Of a DNA stretch of 32,000 bases, positions 8,744 to 21,730 are shown piece by piece. The DNA is from Acinetobacter wanghuae. GTDB taxonomy: Bacteria > Pseudomonadota > Gammaproteobacteria > Pseudomonadales > Moraxellaceae. The DNA is taken from contig NZ_CP045650.1 of NCBI RefSeq assembly GCF_009557235.1, positions 1,470,001-1,502,000 of the forward strand. The letters are read 5' to 3'. The notes under the pieces were generated by a model, which worked only from the letters and a program-made list of their open reading frames with translations, ran no database searches and was not told the origin of the DNA. Every line of letters starts with the position of its first letter. The stretch's first letter is position 1. The translations under genes and the position numbers were made by a program.

Positions 8744-10039
8744 ATGACAAATATGGTTAATAAAGCACAAGGAATCGGTTTATCCTTACTCACCAAACTT
8801 GCAAGTAGTGATCTGCTCGATCAGCTAAAATTACGCAAATTTGTTGAAAATTCACTCTATCAAGGCTCTAAAGCAGGCTTTAAAACTTTAAGTAAAACTC
8901 AAAAATGGCTAAAACCTAACTCCATCAACGCTAAACAACGCCTTACACCGCAATCGAAATCTTTGTTCGATTTAAGCTTAAATGAAGAGCAACAAATGAC
9001 CGTTGATGCAATGAGTCAATTTGCGCAGGAAGTGATCTACCCACTCGCGCACGATGCTGATCATTTAGAAAAATTCCCAGAAACCTTGTGGCAACACCTC
9101 ACCGACCTCGGCTTAAATTTTTATGCTTTACCTGAGGCATTTGGTGGTGTAGCAACTGAAAAGAATAAAGTGAGTAATATTCTGATCGCTGAGAGCTTAG
9201 CCAAAGGCGATTTTAGTATTACAGCAGGACTACTCTCAACTTTTAGTGCAATTAATGCCTTCACCCAATGGGGATCGGATGCGATTCAAGCAGAATATCT
9301 ACACGCATTTTCAGAAAATCCAGAACTTAAAGCCACCTTTGCCGTTCAAGAAGAAACCCCCGCTTTTAATCCTTATGCATTGAAAACTAAAGCCTATCTT
9401 AAAGAGGGTCAATACTTTATTGAGGGTGAAAAAACCTTAGTCATGCTCGCTGAAATTGCTGATCTTTATATTGTCAGTGCAATGTTAGATGAGCGAGCTG
9501 ATGTCTTTGTAGTGAAACGCAATGAAAGTATCTGCTTCAAAAAATCACCGGCAATGGGACTAAAAGCAGCCGAAACAGCCACGCTGCAATTTAAACAAAG
9601 CCCTGCCCAACGCTTAGGCGATGTCGATTTTAACTACACCGAATTTGTTGATTTAGGCAATTTAATGTGGTGCGCCATGGCGATTGGTAGCTGTGAAGCC
9701 ATCAAAGAATATTGTGTTCAATATGCTAATGAACGGACTGCTTTTGGTGAACCCATTTCGCATCGTCAAAGTGTCGCATTTATGATTGCTGATATGGCGA
9801 TTGAAATTGATGCCATGCGTATGTTGGTGCTAAATGCCGCAAGTTTGGCAGAAACAGAGGCTTCTTTTCATCGTGAAGCCTATTTGGCACGTTTATTATG
9901 CGCAGAAAAATCAATGAAAATAGGGACAGATGGTGTACAAATTTTAGGAGGTCATGGCTTTACCAAAGAGCATCCAGTCGAACGTTGGTATCGTGATTTA
10001 CGTGCAACGGCTATCGTACATTCAGGCTTACATGCTTAA
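8744..10039 (+). CDS. acyl-CoA dehydrogenase-fold protein lacking the catalytic base (probable non-catalytic subunit)
   Basis: ACAD fold from about residue 75 (PEAFGG, ERTAFGEPISHRQSVAFMIADMAIEIDAMR, GGHGFTKEHPVERWYRDLR). It ends ...AIVHSGLHA, so the (Y/F)EGT catalytic Glu is His and the C-terminal helix is missing. The TEPxxGSD region reads QEETPAFNP. GGGAA SD precedes the ATG. Confidence 0.8.
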   Translation: MTNMVNKAQGIGLSLLTKLASSDLLDQLKLRKFVENSLYQGSKAGFKTLSKTQKWLKPNSINAKQRLTPQSKSLFDLSLNEEQQMTVDAMSQFAQEVIYPLAHDADHLEKFPETLWQHLTDLGLNFYALPEAFGGVATEKNKVSNILIAESLAKGDFSITAGLLSTFSAINAFTQWGSDAIQAEYLHAFSENPELKATFAVQEETPAFNPYALKTKAYLKEGQYFIEGEKTLVMLAEIADLYIVSAMLDERADVFVVKRNESICFKKSPAMGLKAAETATLQFKQSPAQRLGDVDFNYTEFVDLGNLMWCAMAIGSCEAIKEYCVQYANERTAFGEPISHRQSVAFMIADMAIEIDAMRMLVLNAASLAETEASFHREAYLARLLCAEKSMKIGTDGVQILGGHGFTKEHPVERWYRDLRATAIVHSGLHA

Positions 10040-10062
10040 TCAACAATAAAAAGGACAAAATC

Positions 10063-11262
10063 ATGAATTTACAAAATCCGAAAAAATTTAAATTATTGAT
10101 TGATCAAGCACATGAAGTTGCACTCAATGTACTGCGCCCTATTTCACGGAAATATGACAAAGCCGAGCACGCCTATCCAAAAGAACTTGATATGCTTGCT
10201 GCTGTCGTCGATGGCATGAACCAAGGCAGTGATGGCATGAATGCCGGTGCAGCCGTCAATAAACGTGGCGATACGGATAATTCGAATAAAAATGGTGTCA
10301 ATATGTCCACAGCTCTGAGTATTGTGGAGATGTGCTATGGCGATACTGGATTACTTCTCTCGATGCCACGTCAGGGTCTAGGTAATTCAGCGATTGCAGC
10401 GGTGGCTAATGATGAGCAGCTTAAACGTTTCGATGGCACATGGGCAGCAATGGCAATCACGGAGCCCAATTGCGGCTCAGATTCAGCAGCGATTGGTACC
10501 ACAGCAGTCAAAGATGGTGATGATTACATCCTCAATGGTGAAAAAATCTTTGTGACCTCAGGTGAACGCGCTGACTCTGTCGTAGTTTGGGCAACCTTAG
10601 ATAAAAAGTTAGGACGTGCTGCGATCAAATCGTTTGTTGTACCGAAAGGTACACCCGGCATGACCATTGAACGTCTAGAACACAAGCTTGGTATTAAAGC
10701 ATCAGATACCGCTGCGATTAGCTTTGTTGATTGCCGTGTACCTGCTGCCAATCTATTAGGCAATGCCGAAATTGATGTTGCTAAAGGCTTTGCTGGTGTG
10801 ATGGAAACTTTTGATAACACCCGTCCACTTGTGGCTGCCATGGCAGTCGGCTGTGCAAAAGCCTCTTTAGAGCGTATTAAGGAAATTTTCAACGATCAAC
10901 TTGATGAACATTATGCAACGCCTTATTTACAGACCTCTCATCTTGCTGCGCAAATTTATCGCCTGGAAGCGGAATGGGAAGCGGCACGCTTACTCATGTT
11001 AAAAGCTGCTTGGATGGCAGATAACCGCCAACCCAACTCACGCGAAGCTTCTATAGCCAAAGCAAAAGCAGGTCGTGTTGCTAATGAAATTACCTTAAAG
11101 TGTGTCGAGCTTGCTGCGAGTGTTGGCTATAACGAAAATGAGTTATTGGAAAAATGGGCACGTGACTCAAAAATTCTTGATATTTTTGAAGGCACACAAC
11201 AAATTCAACAACTCATCATTGCTCGTCGTGAACTCGGTAAAAGCTCTAGTGAGTTAAAATAG
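10063..11262 (+). CDS. acyl-CoA dehydrogenase (catalytically complete)
   Basis: Canonical motifs AITEPNCGSDSAA and ARDSKILDIFEGTQQIQQLIIARRELG (catalytic Glu present). AGGA SD. It starts 23 nt after the preceding ACAD-like gene. Confidence 0.9.
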   Translation: MNLQNPKKFKLLIDQAHEVALNVLRPISRKYDKAEHAYPKELDMLAAVVDGMNQGSDGMNAGAAVNKRGDTDNSNKNGVNMSTALSIVEMCYGDTGLLLSMPRQGLGNSAIAAVANDEQLKRFDGTWAAMAITEPNCGSDSAAIGTTAVKDGDDYILNGEKIFVTSGERADSVVVWATLDKKLGRAAIKSFVVPKGTPGMTIERLEHKLGIKASDTAAISFVDCRVPAANLLGNAEIDVAKGFAGVMETFDNTRPLVAAMAVGCAKASLERIKEIFNDQLDEHYATPYLQTSHLAAQIYRLEAEWEAARLLMLKAAWMADNRQPNSREASIAKAKAGRVANEITLKCVELAASVGYNENELLEKWARDSKILDIFEGTQQIQQLIIARRELGKSSSELK

Positions 11263-11365
11263 TTTGATAAAACGCACTTAAATTGAATATAAAGCATTTA
11301 ATAACGATTGATTTTTAAAGTATTTCTAGCTATAAAAATTCATCGTTATTTTGTTTTATGCCATT

Positions 11366-11857
11366 ATGTTTTCAATTCGTCCTATTCGTCACGAAGACAA
11401 TCCTCAAATTGCTCGTATTATCCGTGAAGTCTCAGTAGAGTTTGGTCTGGCTGCAGAATCCGGTTTCGCTGTCGGCGATACTATCTTAGATCAACTTTTT
11501 GAAGTCTATGATCAAGAGCATTCACAATATTGGGTTATCGTCGATGAAAATGACCAAGTTCTTGGCGGTGGTGGTATCGCCCCTTTAAAAGGTGATGAAT
11601 ATACGCTAGAAATACAAAAAATGTATTTTTTAACTGAAATACGCCAACACGGTTTCGCAAAGAAACTGCTTCATTTAGCCTTTGAATTTGCTAAAAAGCA
11701 AAATTTTAATCAGATCTATTTGGAAACCACAAAATCACTCTGGCAAGCAGTCAAACTGTATGAAAAGCTTGGGTTTGTTCATTTAAGCCATCCGATGGGC
11801 AACACGGGACATAGTGCGGCATGTGAAATTTGGATGAGCAAAAATCTGATTCAATAA
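11366..11857 (+). CDS. GNAT family N-acetyltransferase
   Basis: Acetyl-CoA binding motif region (LEIQKMYFLTEIRQHGFAKKLLHLAFEFAKK, IYLETT....A..LYEKLGF). The track start at 11351 is a TTG. The first ATG, at 11366, gives MFSIRPIRHED, a typical GNAT N-terminus. Confidence 0.8.
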   Translation: MFSIRPIRHEDNPQIARIIREVSVEFGLAAESGFAVGDTILDQLFEVYDQEHSQYWVIVDENDQVLGGGGIAPLKGDEYTLEIQKMYFLTEIRQHGFAKKLLHLAFEFAKKQNFNQIYLETTKSLWQAVKLYEKLGFVHLSHPMGNTGHSAACEIWMSKNLIQ

Positions 11858-11873
11858 CAGTGGTTAAACACAT

Positions 11874-11906
11874 AAGATACTTAGGCTATTTAAAGCTAAG
11901 TATCTT
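11874..11906 (+). terminator. hairpin downstream of the GNAT gene (possible terminator)
   Basis: Perfect 11-bp inverted repeat aagatacttag/ctaagtatctt with an 11-nt loop, 17 nt after the stop. There is no clean U-run, so the function is uncertain. Confidence 0.4.
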
Positions 11907-12059
11907 CATCAAAATTAAGGATTTCACTATTCAAAGTTAAGCGAATGAACATGCTTACGCTTTCATACTTGACGCTATCGGTTAGGCTAACTACTATCTT
12001 GAAAAATTGATGCTCTTGGATTTATTTTGCTCACTCAAAAATTAACAACTTTTAGTCCG

Positions 12060-12608
12060 ATGTCTAAAAAATTAAGCTTATCTTCTTTCTTAAAATCAAC
12101 AGTTGTCATTGCCACACTATCGAGCTTATTTGGATGTTCATCCTTAGGCGGTGGCTCAATTGAAAAACGTGCGAGTAAATTAGCCACAGGCATTCAAAAA
12201 GCCTATCGCGTTCCTGCAACGACAGCGCAACGTGTGTCTCCACTGATTATACAAAGCAGTCAGCAATATAATATTGACCCACTCACTATGGCTGCACTGA
12301 TCCGTCAAGAGTCAAGCTATCGCAGTCAAGTTAGCTCACATGCGGGTGCTGTAGGTCTTACTCAAGTTATGCCAAGATATTGGCAGCAAAGTTGCCCAGG
12401 TGATCTCTATGATGAAACCATTAATATAAATTGTGGCAGCTTTATTTTGGCAAAATATGAGCAATCAGCTGGTAGTATGAAAAAAGCGCTAGGCTACTAT
12501 AATGTTGGACCTTCAAATTATGAAAATAATCGTAAAATGCGTAAACAAGGTAAACGTTATGCTAAACAAGTTAAACAACATCAGAAAGCTTTAAAAAGCG
12601 CATTATAA
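12060..12608 (+). CDS. lytic transglycosylase (SLT domain) lipoprotein
   Basis: SLT catalytic region ALIRQESSYRSQV...AVGLTQVMP...YYNVGP. The ATG at 12060 gives MSKKLSLSSFLKSTVVIATLSSLFGC with a lipobox (LFGC). The track TTG at 12027 is less likely. Confidence 0.85.
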   Translation: MSKKLSLSSFLKSTVVIATLSSLFGCSSLGGGSIEKRASKLATGIQKAYRVPATTAQRVSPLIIQSSQQYNIDPLTMAALIRQESSYRSQVSSHAGAVGLTQVMPRYWQQSCPGDLYDETININCGSFILAKYEQSAGSMKKALGYYNVGPSNYENNRKMRKQGKRYAKQVKQHQKALKSAL

Positions 12609-12620
12609 ATGTCAAAATTA

Positions 12621-12647
12621 AAGGGGCTCTATTTAGAGCCTTTTTTA
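12621..12647 (+). terminator. rho-independent terminator after the transglycosylase gene
   Basis: Stem ggctct/agagcc with an attt loop, followed by T6 (12641..12646). Confidence 0.7.
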
Positions 12648-12695
12648 TAATCATTTTAGAACTATTATTATAAATTTAACTTTCCTCCCCACAAA

Positions 12696-12735
12696 GAAAA
12701 ACCCCCCTCAATCTATTGATTGAGGGGGTTTTTGA
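12696..12735 (-). terminator. rrn operon terminator (bidirectional hairpin)
   Basis: 11-bp GC-rich stem ccccctcaatc/gattgaggggg with a 4-nt loop, flanked by an A-run and a T-run. It lies immediately downstream of the 5S gene on the minus strand. Confidence 0.8.
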
Positions 12736-12741
12736 ATTAAT

Positions 12742-12858
12742 GAGCTGGCGATGACTTACTCTCACATGGGTAATCCCACACTACCATCAGCGCTAAGAGG
12801 TTTCACTTCTGAGTTCGGGAAGGGATCAGGTGGTTCACTCTTGCTATTGTCGCCAGCA
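12742..12858 (-). rRNA. rrf: 5S ribosomal RNA
   Basis: The reverse complement reads TGCTGGCGACAATAGCAAGAGTGAACCACCTGATCCCTTCCCGAACTCAGAAGTGAAAC...GGTAGTGTGGG...GAGAGTAAGTCATCGCCAGC. It is colinear with E. coli 5S, and helix I closes. Confidence 0.95.
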
Positions 12859-13021
12859 CAACTGTTTATGATTACTCGCTATGGTCTTAGTTGCTTTCGC
12901 ATGCCTAGCTTTGGTCAAAAGAGTTATTAACAGAGATATTTGAGTATCGATGCGTTGCTTAATTTTACTTAGCTTTCAAACTAAATCAAGTTGTTTTGTA
13001 GTGATTTCGACTACAACACCA

Positions 13022-13037
13022 ACTGTTTGGGTGTTGT

Positions 13038-13046
<9 letters not shown>
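13022..13046 (-). other. 23S processing-stem arm (3' flank)
   Basis: Inverted repeat of 15928..15951, about 24 bp with a 1-nt bulge. The two arms bracket the mature 23S ends, as expected for an RNase III processing helix. Confidence 0.7.
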
Positions 13047-15927
<2,881 letters not shown>

Positions 15928-15935
<8 letters not shown>

Positions 15936-15951
15936 TACAACCCCAAACAGT
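15928..15951 (-). other. 23S processing-stem arm (5' flank)
   Basis: Complementary to 13022..13046 (plus-strand cttgactatacaaccccaaacagt versus actgtttgggtgttgtatagtcaag). Confidence 0.7.
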
Positions 15952-16147
15952 CGACGGTACCTACAAGGAGCACCTTCAACATACAGTTCGAAGTACTGTG
16001 AATTTTAATCACTGTACAGCTTCAATCAAAATCATATACCAAAACGCTTGATTCAGTTAATCGCTAGTTTCTCATCAATCACTCAACTAGAAATTGCTTT
16101 CTAATCTTGTTTTTAATGAGCCTTAAACAATTTATTTCAACTCAAAT

Positions 16148-16163
16148 ATATTCTGTTAATGAT
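16148..16163 (-). promoter_or_regulatory. boxA-like antitermination element in the 16S-23S spacer
   Basis: The minus strand reads ATCATTAACAGAATAT, which resembles E. coli rrn boxA (TGCTCTTTAACAATTTA). It matches the leader copy at 18336..18351 at 14 of 16 positions. Confidence 0.45.
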
Positions 16164-16376
16164 TATCTACGTCCTCATCGGATCGTAGCAACTGTGATAA
16201 ATCACAGAGATTACCAAGTGCGCGTATCATAACGCTTATACTTGTTAATCTCTAGGATCTAAACACTTGATAGCTCAAGGACTAATCAACCTCAGCACCG
16301 TATGATCACATACTGCGCGAAGCGTAGCTTCTTGCCTAAATTTCAAGGAAAAGCATGCTTTTCTTGTCTTGAAATT

Positions 16377-16452
16377 TGGTGGAGACTAACGGAGTCGAAC
16401 CGTTGACCTCCTGCGTGCAAAGCAGGCGCTCTACCAACTAAGCTAAGTCCCC
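16377..16452 (-). tRNA. tRNA-Ala (anticodon UGC)
   Basis: The reverse complement GGGGACTTAGCTTAGTTGGTAGAGCGCCTGCTTTGCACGCAGGAGGTCAACGGTTCGACTCCGTTAGTCTCCACCA is 76 nt, forms a cloverleaf, has the G3:U70 pair and an encoded CCA. Confidence 0.97.
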
Positions 16453-16511
16453 AGCTTATCATTTAGATCAATGATTCTGATCTCTGTACTCTGCAATTGC
16501 TTGCTTGCAGA

Positions 16512-16588
<77 letters not shown>

Positions 16589-16601
16589 TCAGGTACATCG
16601 T

Positions 16602-16625
16602 ATGAAGAACAACTTGTTGTGGATT
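16602..16625 (-). other. 16S processing-stem arm (3' flank)
   Basis: Plus-strand atgaagaacaacttgttgtggatt is the reverse complement of leader segment 18315..18337 apart from a 1-nt bulge. This gives a 23-bp helix enclosing the 16S, the classical RNase III stem. Confidence 0.75.
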
Positions 16626-16648
16626 CTTACCAATCGTCAATCTTTCGT

Positions 16649-18186
<1,538 letters not shown>

Positions 18187-18314
18187 AAAATCAGTAGTAG
18201 CTTAAAGGCTACCAATCTTGGCTCATCAATTTTCTGACAAATATTTCTCAAATAAACTTCGAGTAATTTCTACCATCAATCAATGAAAATAATTTCGATC
18301 AATCAATCAGTAAA

Positions 18315-18337
18315 AATCCACACAAGTTGTTCTTCAT
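18315..18337 (-). other. 16S processing-stem arm (5' leader)
   Basis: Complementary to 16602..16625 (see that entry). Confidence 0.75.
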
Positions 18338-18351
18338 AATCTCTTAATGAT
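18336..18351 (-). promoter_or_regulatory. boxA-like antitermination element in the rrn leader
   Basis: The minus strand reads ATCATTAAGAGATTAT, about 150 nt upstream of the 16S. It is a near-repeat of the spacer copy at 16148..16163. Confidence 0.45.
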
Positions 18352-18442
18352 CTTCTTAATACTTCGTCAGTATTAAGATTAAAACCATTTCATTAACAAC
18401 TCAGCACTTAGTGCGTTTCGCTGTAACGTCTTGATGCTGCGT

Positions 18443-18470
18443 ATTCTATACAGTTTCCAAAGTAGCGCAA
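18443..18470 (-). promoter_or_regulatory. candidate rrn promoter (-35 TTGCGC, 16-nt spacer, -10 TAGAAT)
   Basis: The minus strand reads ...cattttttatgattattatatgaaaagggcTTGCGCtactttggaaactgtaTAGAATacgcagc. There is an A+T-rich UP-like tract upstream and a GC-containing discriminator downstream. It lies about 260 nt upstream of the mature 16S. This is sequence inspection only, and other AT-rich candidates exist further upstream. Confidence 0.45.
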
Positions 18471-18610
18471 GCCCTTTTCATATAATAATCATAAAAAATG
18501 ATGTGTACGTTCATTTTTTAATCCATTTTATCTATTTTTAGTATTTTTATGCCGTTTTATAAGGTTTATAAACCCTAAATTGTAATTTTATTGATTTATT
18601 AATATGACTT

Positions 18611-18645
18611 AAAATAAAAGGACTGGTCTCAACCAATCCTTTTTG
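18611..18645 (-). terminator. terminator after the YccT-like gene (insulates the rrn promoter)
   Basis: Stem aggactgg/ccaatcct (one mismatch), flanked by A-rich and T-rich runs. It lies about 35 nt downstream of the stop at 18677 on the minus strand. Confidence 0.55.
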
Positions 18646-18676
18646 ACTTTGCTTAAGACTTAATACTTTTGTTGGT

Positions 18677-19333
18677 TTAATGAGATTGAGCGCCTAACCA
18701 AGACATAAATTTTTGGCGTTCTGCTTTACTGGCTTTTTGCCAAAGCTGAATGAGCTGTTGATCTGTCGTTGTGATATTTACTGTTGTCGTTGGTGCCGCT
18801 TGAGCAATCGGTACGACTGGTTGAGTATAAATTGCAGCAGGTTGATTAATTGGTGCTGTTGTTTTAGTTGTTAAATCTACAGTTTTACCAACAAGACTAT
18901 TTTGAAACCAAGGTTTAGCAGCATCGTTGGCACCAGATTGCTGCACCAACAACTGATTTTTCGCATCATACAAAGCAACAACAGGCTGATCTTTAAATTT
19001 TTGCGCATCTTCAAAGTTCTTAGGTGCATTGATCAAAGCTAAATGATAACTTTCACCCTCTTTTAATTCGGGCGTTTTAATCGTAACTACACCTGATTTT
19101 AAAATATCATGTGAATTATCCCAATGTTCAAAGTATTCTTGATAACGAACGCGAATTGAATTTGATCCTGCATCTAATTGATAAGCTTGATTCGCACGTA
19201 GAATAGAAGCACTGACTTCCTGCTCATTAACAGCAATGATTTTTATTTCTTCTGGCACCGTCAAATTTACTGCCGCAAAAACAGGGGTCATACTGCAAAA
19301 TGCTGCCACTGTTGCAAGAATTCGTAATTTCAT
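18677..19333 (-). CDS. periplasmic DUF2057 / UPF0319 (YccT-like) protein
   Basis: Signal peptide MKLRILATVAAFCSMTPVFA from the ATG at 19333 (the track start at 19342 is a GTG). The overall layout and the C-terminal helix LIQLWQKASKAERQKFMSWLG resemble E. coli YccT ([21 protein letters not shown]). Confidence 0.7.
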   Translation of the reverse strand: MKLRILATVAAFCSMTPVFAAVNLTVPEEIKIIAVNEQEVSASILRANQAYQLDAGSNSIRVRYQEYFEHWDNSHDILKSGVVTIKTPELKEGESYHLALINAPKNFEDAQKFKDQPVVALYDAKNQLLVQQSGANDAAKPWFQNSLVGKTVDLTTKTTAPINQPAAIYTQPVVPIAQAAPTTTVNITTTDQQLIQLWQKASKAERQKFMSWLGAQSH

Positions 19334-19507
19334 TCTAATCACTCATTTTGATGATGTAAGTTGGGTCGCACTATGCAGCCCTTGAATGACAATAATATGA
19401 CAAAAGCACCGATGCAATCCAAATCACGGCTAGCACTTATTCTGATATTCATCCCATTTTTTATGCGACTTACGATCTAGCGGAATAATTTCAAACTTCA
19501 ATCATAA

Positions 19508-19536
19508 GAAAAGGAGCAAACAATGCTCCTTTTTTA
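19508..19536 (-). terminator. rho-independent terminator after the nitroreductase gene
   Basis: Stem ggagca/tgctcc with a 5-nt loop, extended by complementary A and T runs. It lies 10 nt downstream of the stop on the minus strand. Confidence 0.7.
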
Positions 19537-19545
19537 TCATTTGGA

Positions 19546-20139
19546 TTAGCCGAAGGTTTTAAAACGTTCGCTATCATCCATAAAGGTTTTATCACCAGCC
19601 GGTGCTTCAATTGACCCGAAGACCAATTGTGCGCGAAGTTTCCAATTATCAGGCACACCATAAGTTTGCGCAACCTCTTCATCTACAATTGGATTGTAAT
19701 GCTGCAAAGATGCACCAATACCCTTTTCAGCCAATGCTGTCCAAGTTGCAAATTGTGCAATCGCTGATGAATGCTCTGACCAAATTGGGAAATTATCAGC
19801 ATATAAAGCAAATTGCTCTTGTAAACCTTTTACAACTGCTTGATCTTCATAAAACAACGCTGTGCCATAACCTGCAGCAAAGCTATTAATTTTTGCATTG
19901 GTACCCTCAAAGGCTTCAGCAGGAACAATCTTTCTTAAGGTTTCGCGCACAATACCCCAAAACTGCTCATGGGCTTCAGCAAATAAAATCACAACACGTG
20001 ATGTTTGCGAGTTAAATGAAGACGGACTTTGACGTACTGCTTCTTTAATGGTGCTTTCAATTTCAGATTTATCTACATTTACATTTTTGCCAATTGCATA
20101 AATAGTACGGCGTTGTTTAATTTGCTCTAAAAAAGCCAT
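19546..20139 (-). CDS. nitroreductase-family oxidoreductase (Frm2/YodC-like)
   Basis: 197 aa. The N-terminus MAFLEQIKQRRTIYAIGKN..., the RQSPSSFNSQ segment and GASLQHYNP are typical of this nitroreductase subgroup. AGAGG SD. Confidence 0.8.
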   Translation of the reverse strand: MAFLEQIKQRRTIYAIGKNVNVDKSEIESTIKEAVRQSPSSFNSQTSRVVILFAEAHEQFWGIVRETLRKIVPAEAFEGTNAKINSFAAGYGTALFYEDQAVVKGLQEQFALYADNFPIWSEHSSAIAQFATWTALAEKGIGASLQHYNPIVDEEVAQTYGVPDNWKLRAQLVFGSIEAPAGDKTFMDDSERFKTFG

Positions 20140-20386
20140 GATTCAACCTCTGTATTTTGATTATTGATCAATCGATAACGCTATAGTACGTGAATGGATT
20201 GTTTTTCACAGGTTCATCTCTATAACGAAGTGTTTTATATATAGAACAATAAGCTGAGAATTTAAAATTTGATTTGTATATTTTTGATAAATGGTTTCTT
20301 AAAAATAGATATGTTAAAGCGTTTAATTTAGTTTGAATGAGCAAACTATTAGACACGTATCACTGCGAAATATCCAAAGCTATAAA

Positions 20387-20418
20387 ATAAAAAAACTCCG
20401 CATAGGCGAAGTTTTTTT
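20387..20418 (-). terminator. rho-independent terminator after ftsY
   Basis: Stem aactccgc/gcgaagtt (one mismatch) with an atag loop, flanked by A7 and T7. It lies 20 nt downstream of the ftsY stop. Confidence 0.7.
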
Positions 20419-20437
20419 ATTTGGCAATTTTTATCGC

Positions 20438-21550
20438 TTATTTATTGTCTGTTTCAAATAATGCAGCAACAAATGACTTAGCAGAGAACGGACGTAAATC
20501 ATCAATTTTCTCGCCCACACCAATAAATCGAATCGGAACATGCGTACGGCTTGCAATGTTAAAGAGCACGCCGCCTTTTGCAGTACCATCAAGTTTAGTA
20601 ATGGTTAAACCTGTTAAACCAACTGCTTCATCAAACATTTCAACTTGGTTAATGGCATTTTGACCTGTACCAGCATCAACCACTAACATCACTTCATGTG
20701 GTGCGGTCGCATCAATTTTTTGCATGACACGTTTTACTTTGGTCAATTCTTGCATTAAGTGACTTTTGTTATGCAAACGACCCGCTGTATCTGCAATAAG
20801 AACATCCACACCTTTGGCACGTGCGCTTTCAAATGCATCAAAAATCACAGAAGCAGAGTCTGCACCATGCCCTTGAGCAACCACAGAGATGTTGTTACGT
20901 TCACCCCAAATTTGTAATTGTTCAGTCGCTGCAGCACGGAATGTATCACCCGCCGCCAACATGACTTTTTTACCTTCACCTTGTAAGCGTTTCGCCAACT
21001 TACCAATCGTCGTGGTTTTACCCACACCATTTACACCCACTACCAAAATCACAAAAGGTGCTTTGTTTGGATCAATATGTAAAGGTTTCACACGTGGGGC
21101 AAGTAAAGCCACCAATTCTTCTTGTAAGGCTTTATACAATGAGTGCGAGTAAATCAAATCACCACGTGCCGTACGTTCGGTTAAATTGGCAATGATGGTT
21201 TTGGTCGCTTCAACACCAATGTCTGCGACTAAAAGCTGTTCCTCAACTTCTTCTAATAATTCATCATCAATTTCTTTACCACCGATGAGGATATTCACCA
21301 TACCGTCTGCAAGATTTTTACGGGTTTTGGTTAAACCCTCTTTCATACGGCTAAAGAAACCACCTTTTGCTTCAGGTTGTTCATTGTCAGCCTCAGCGAC
21401 TTGAGCAACTGGTGCAGTTTCTACCACTGCTTGCTTCGGTGTTTCTATAATAGGCACATTAATCGCAGGTAAGCCTGGCAATGTGACATCGTCATCTCCG
21501 ATATCAGCATCAATCAAAAATTTATTTTGCCCATTAGATTGTTGTTGCAT
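20438..21550 (-). CDS. ftsY: signal recognition particle receptor
   Basis: Acidic N-terminal region followed by an NG domain with GVNGVGKTTTIGKLA, DTAGR and TKLDGTAKGG motifs. Confidence 0.96.
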   Translation of the reverse strand: MQQQSNGQNKFLIDADIGDDDVTLPGLPAINVPIIETPKQAVVETAPVAQVAEADNEQPEAKGGFFSRMKEGLTKTRKNLADGMVNILIGGKEIDDELLEEVEEQLLVADIGVEATKTIIANLTERTARGDLIYSHSLYKALQEELVALLAPRVKPLHIDPNKAPFVILVVGVNGVGKTTTIGKLAKRLQGEGKKVMLAAGDTFRAAATEQLQIWGERNNISVVAQGHGADSASVIFDAFESARAKGVDVLIADTAGRLHNKSHLMQELTKVKRVMQKIDATAPHEVMLVVDAGTGQNAINQVEMFDEAVGLTGLTITKLDGTAKGGVLFNIASRTHVPIRFIGVGEKIDDLRPFSAKSFVAALFETDNK

Positions 21551-21730
21551 GCCGAATCCTTGAAAAGCATCACGTTAAAAAACCGAATTCTATCATAAGT
21601 TCTCTGCTTTTGAGCCAACAAAGCAAAAGCGTGAGTACTACACTAAAAAACAACACGCAATTGTTGCTTTCATAAACATATTTCTGAAAAATAAAGCAAT
21701 AATACTTTGTTCCCTTCTTTGGAAGCATAC

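Noticed and set aside
10524-10892. A 122-aa minus-strand ORF inside the second ACAD gene.
   Set aside because: It is antisense to a gene with unambiguous ACAD motifs. The Ala/Ser-rich shadow frame is typical of such artefacts.
18271-18310. A direct repeat of atcaatcaat, two copies 13 nt apart, in the rrn leader.
   Set aside because: It is short and low-complexity, and it lies inside the transcribed leader next to the processing stem. There is no evidence for a distinct function.
20161-20178. An imperfect 18-bp palindrome, TTATTGATCAATCGATAA (14/18 self-complementary), about 20-40 nt upstream of the nitroreductase start codon. It could be an operator.
   Set aside because: No regulator gene is adjacent, the symmetry is imperfect, and AT-rich DNA produces such palindromes by chance. 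It is worth a glance only if a regulon motif search recovers it.
19491-20356. ORFs 19491..19682, 19602..19889 and 20168..20356.
   Set aside because: The first two overlap the nitroreductase gene or its terminator out of frame. The third lies in the AT-rich ftsY/nitroreductase intergenic promoter region and has a low-complexity translation and no SD.
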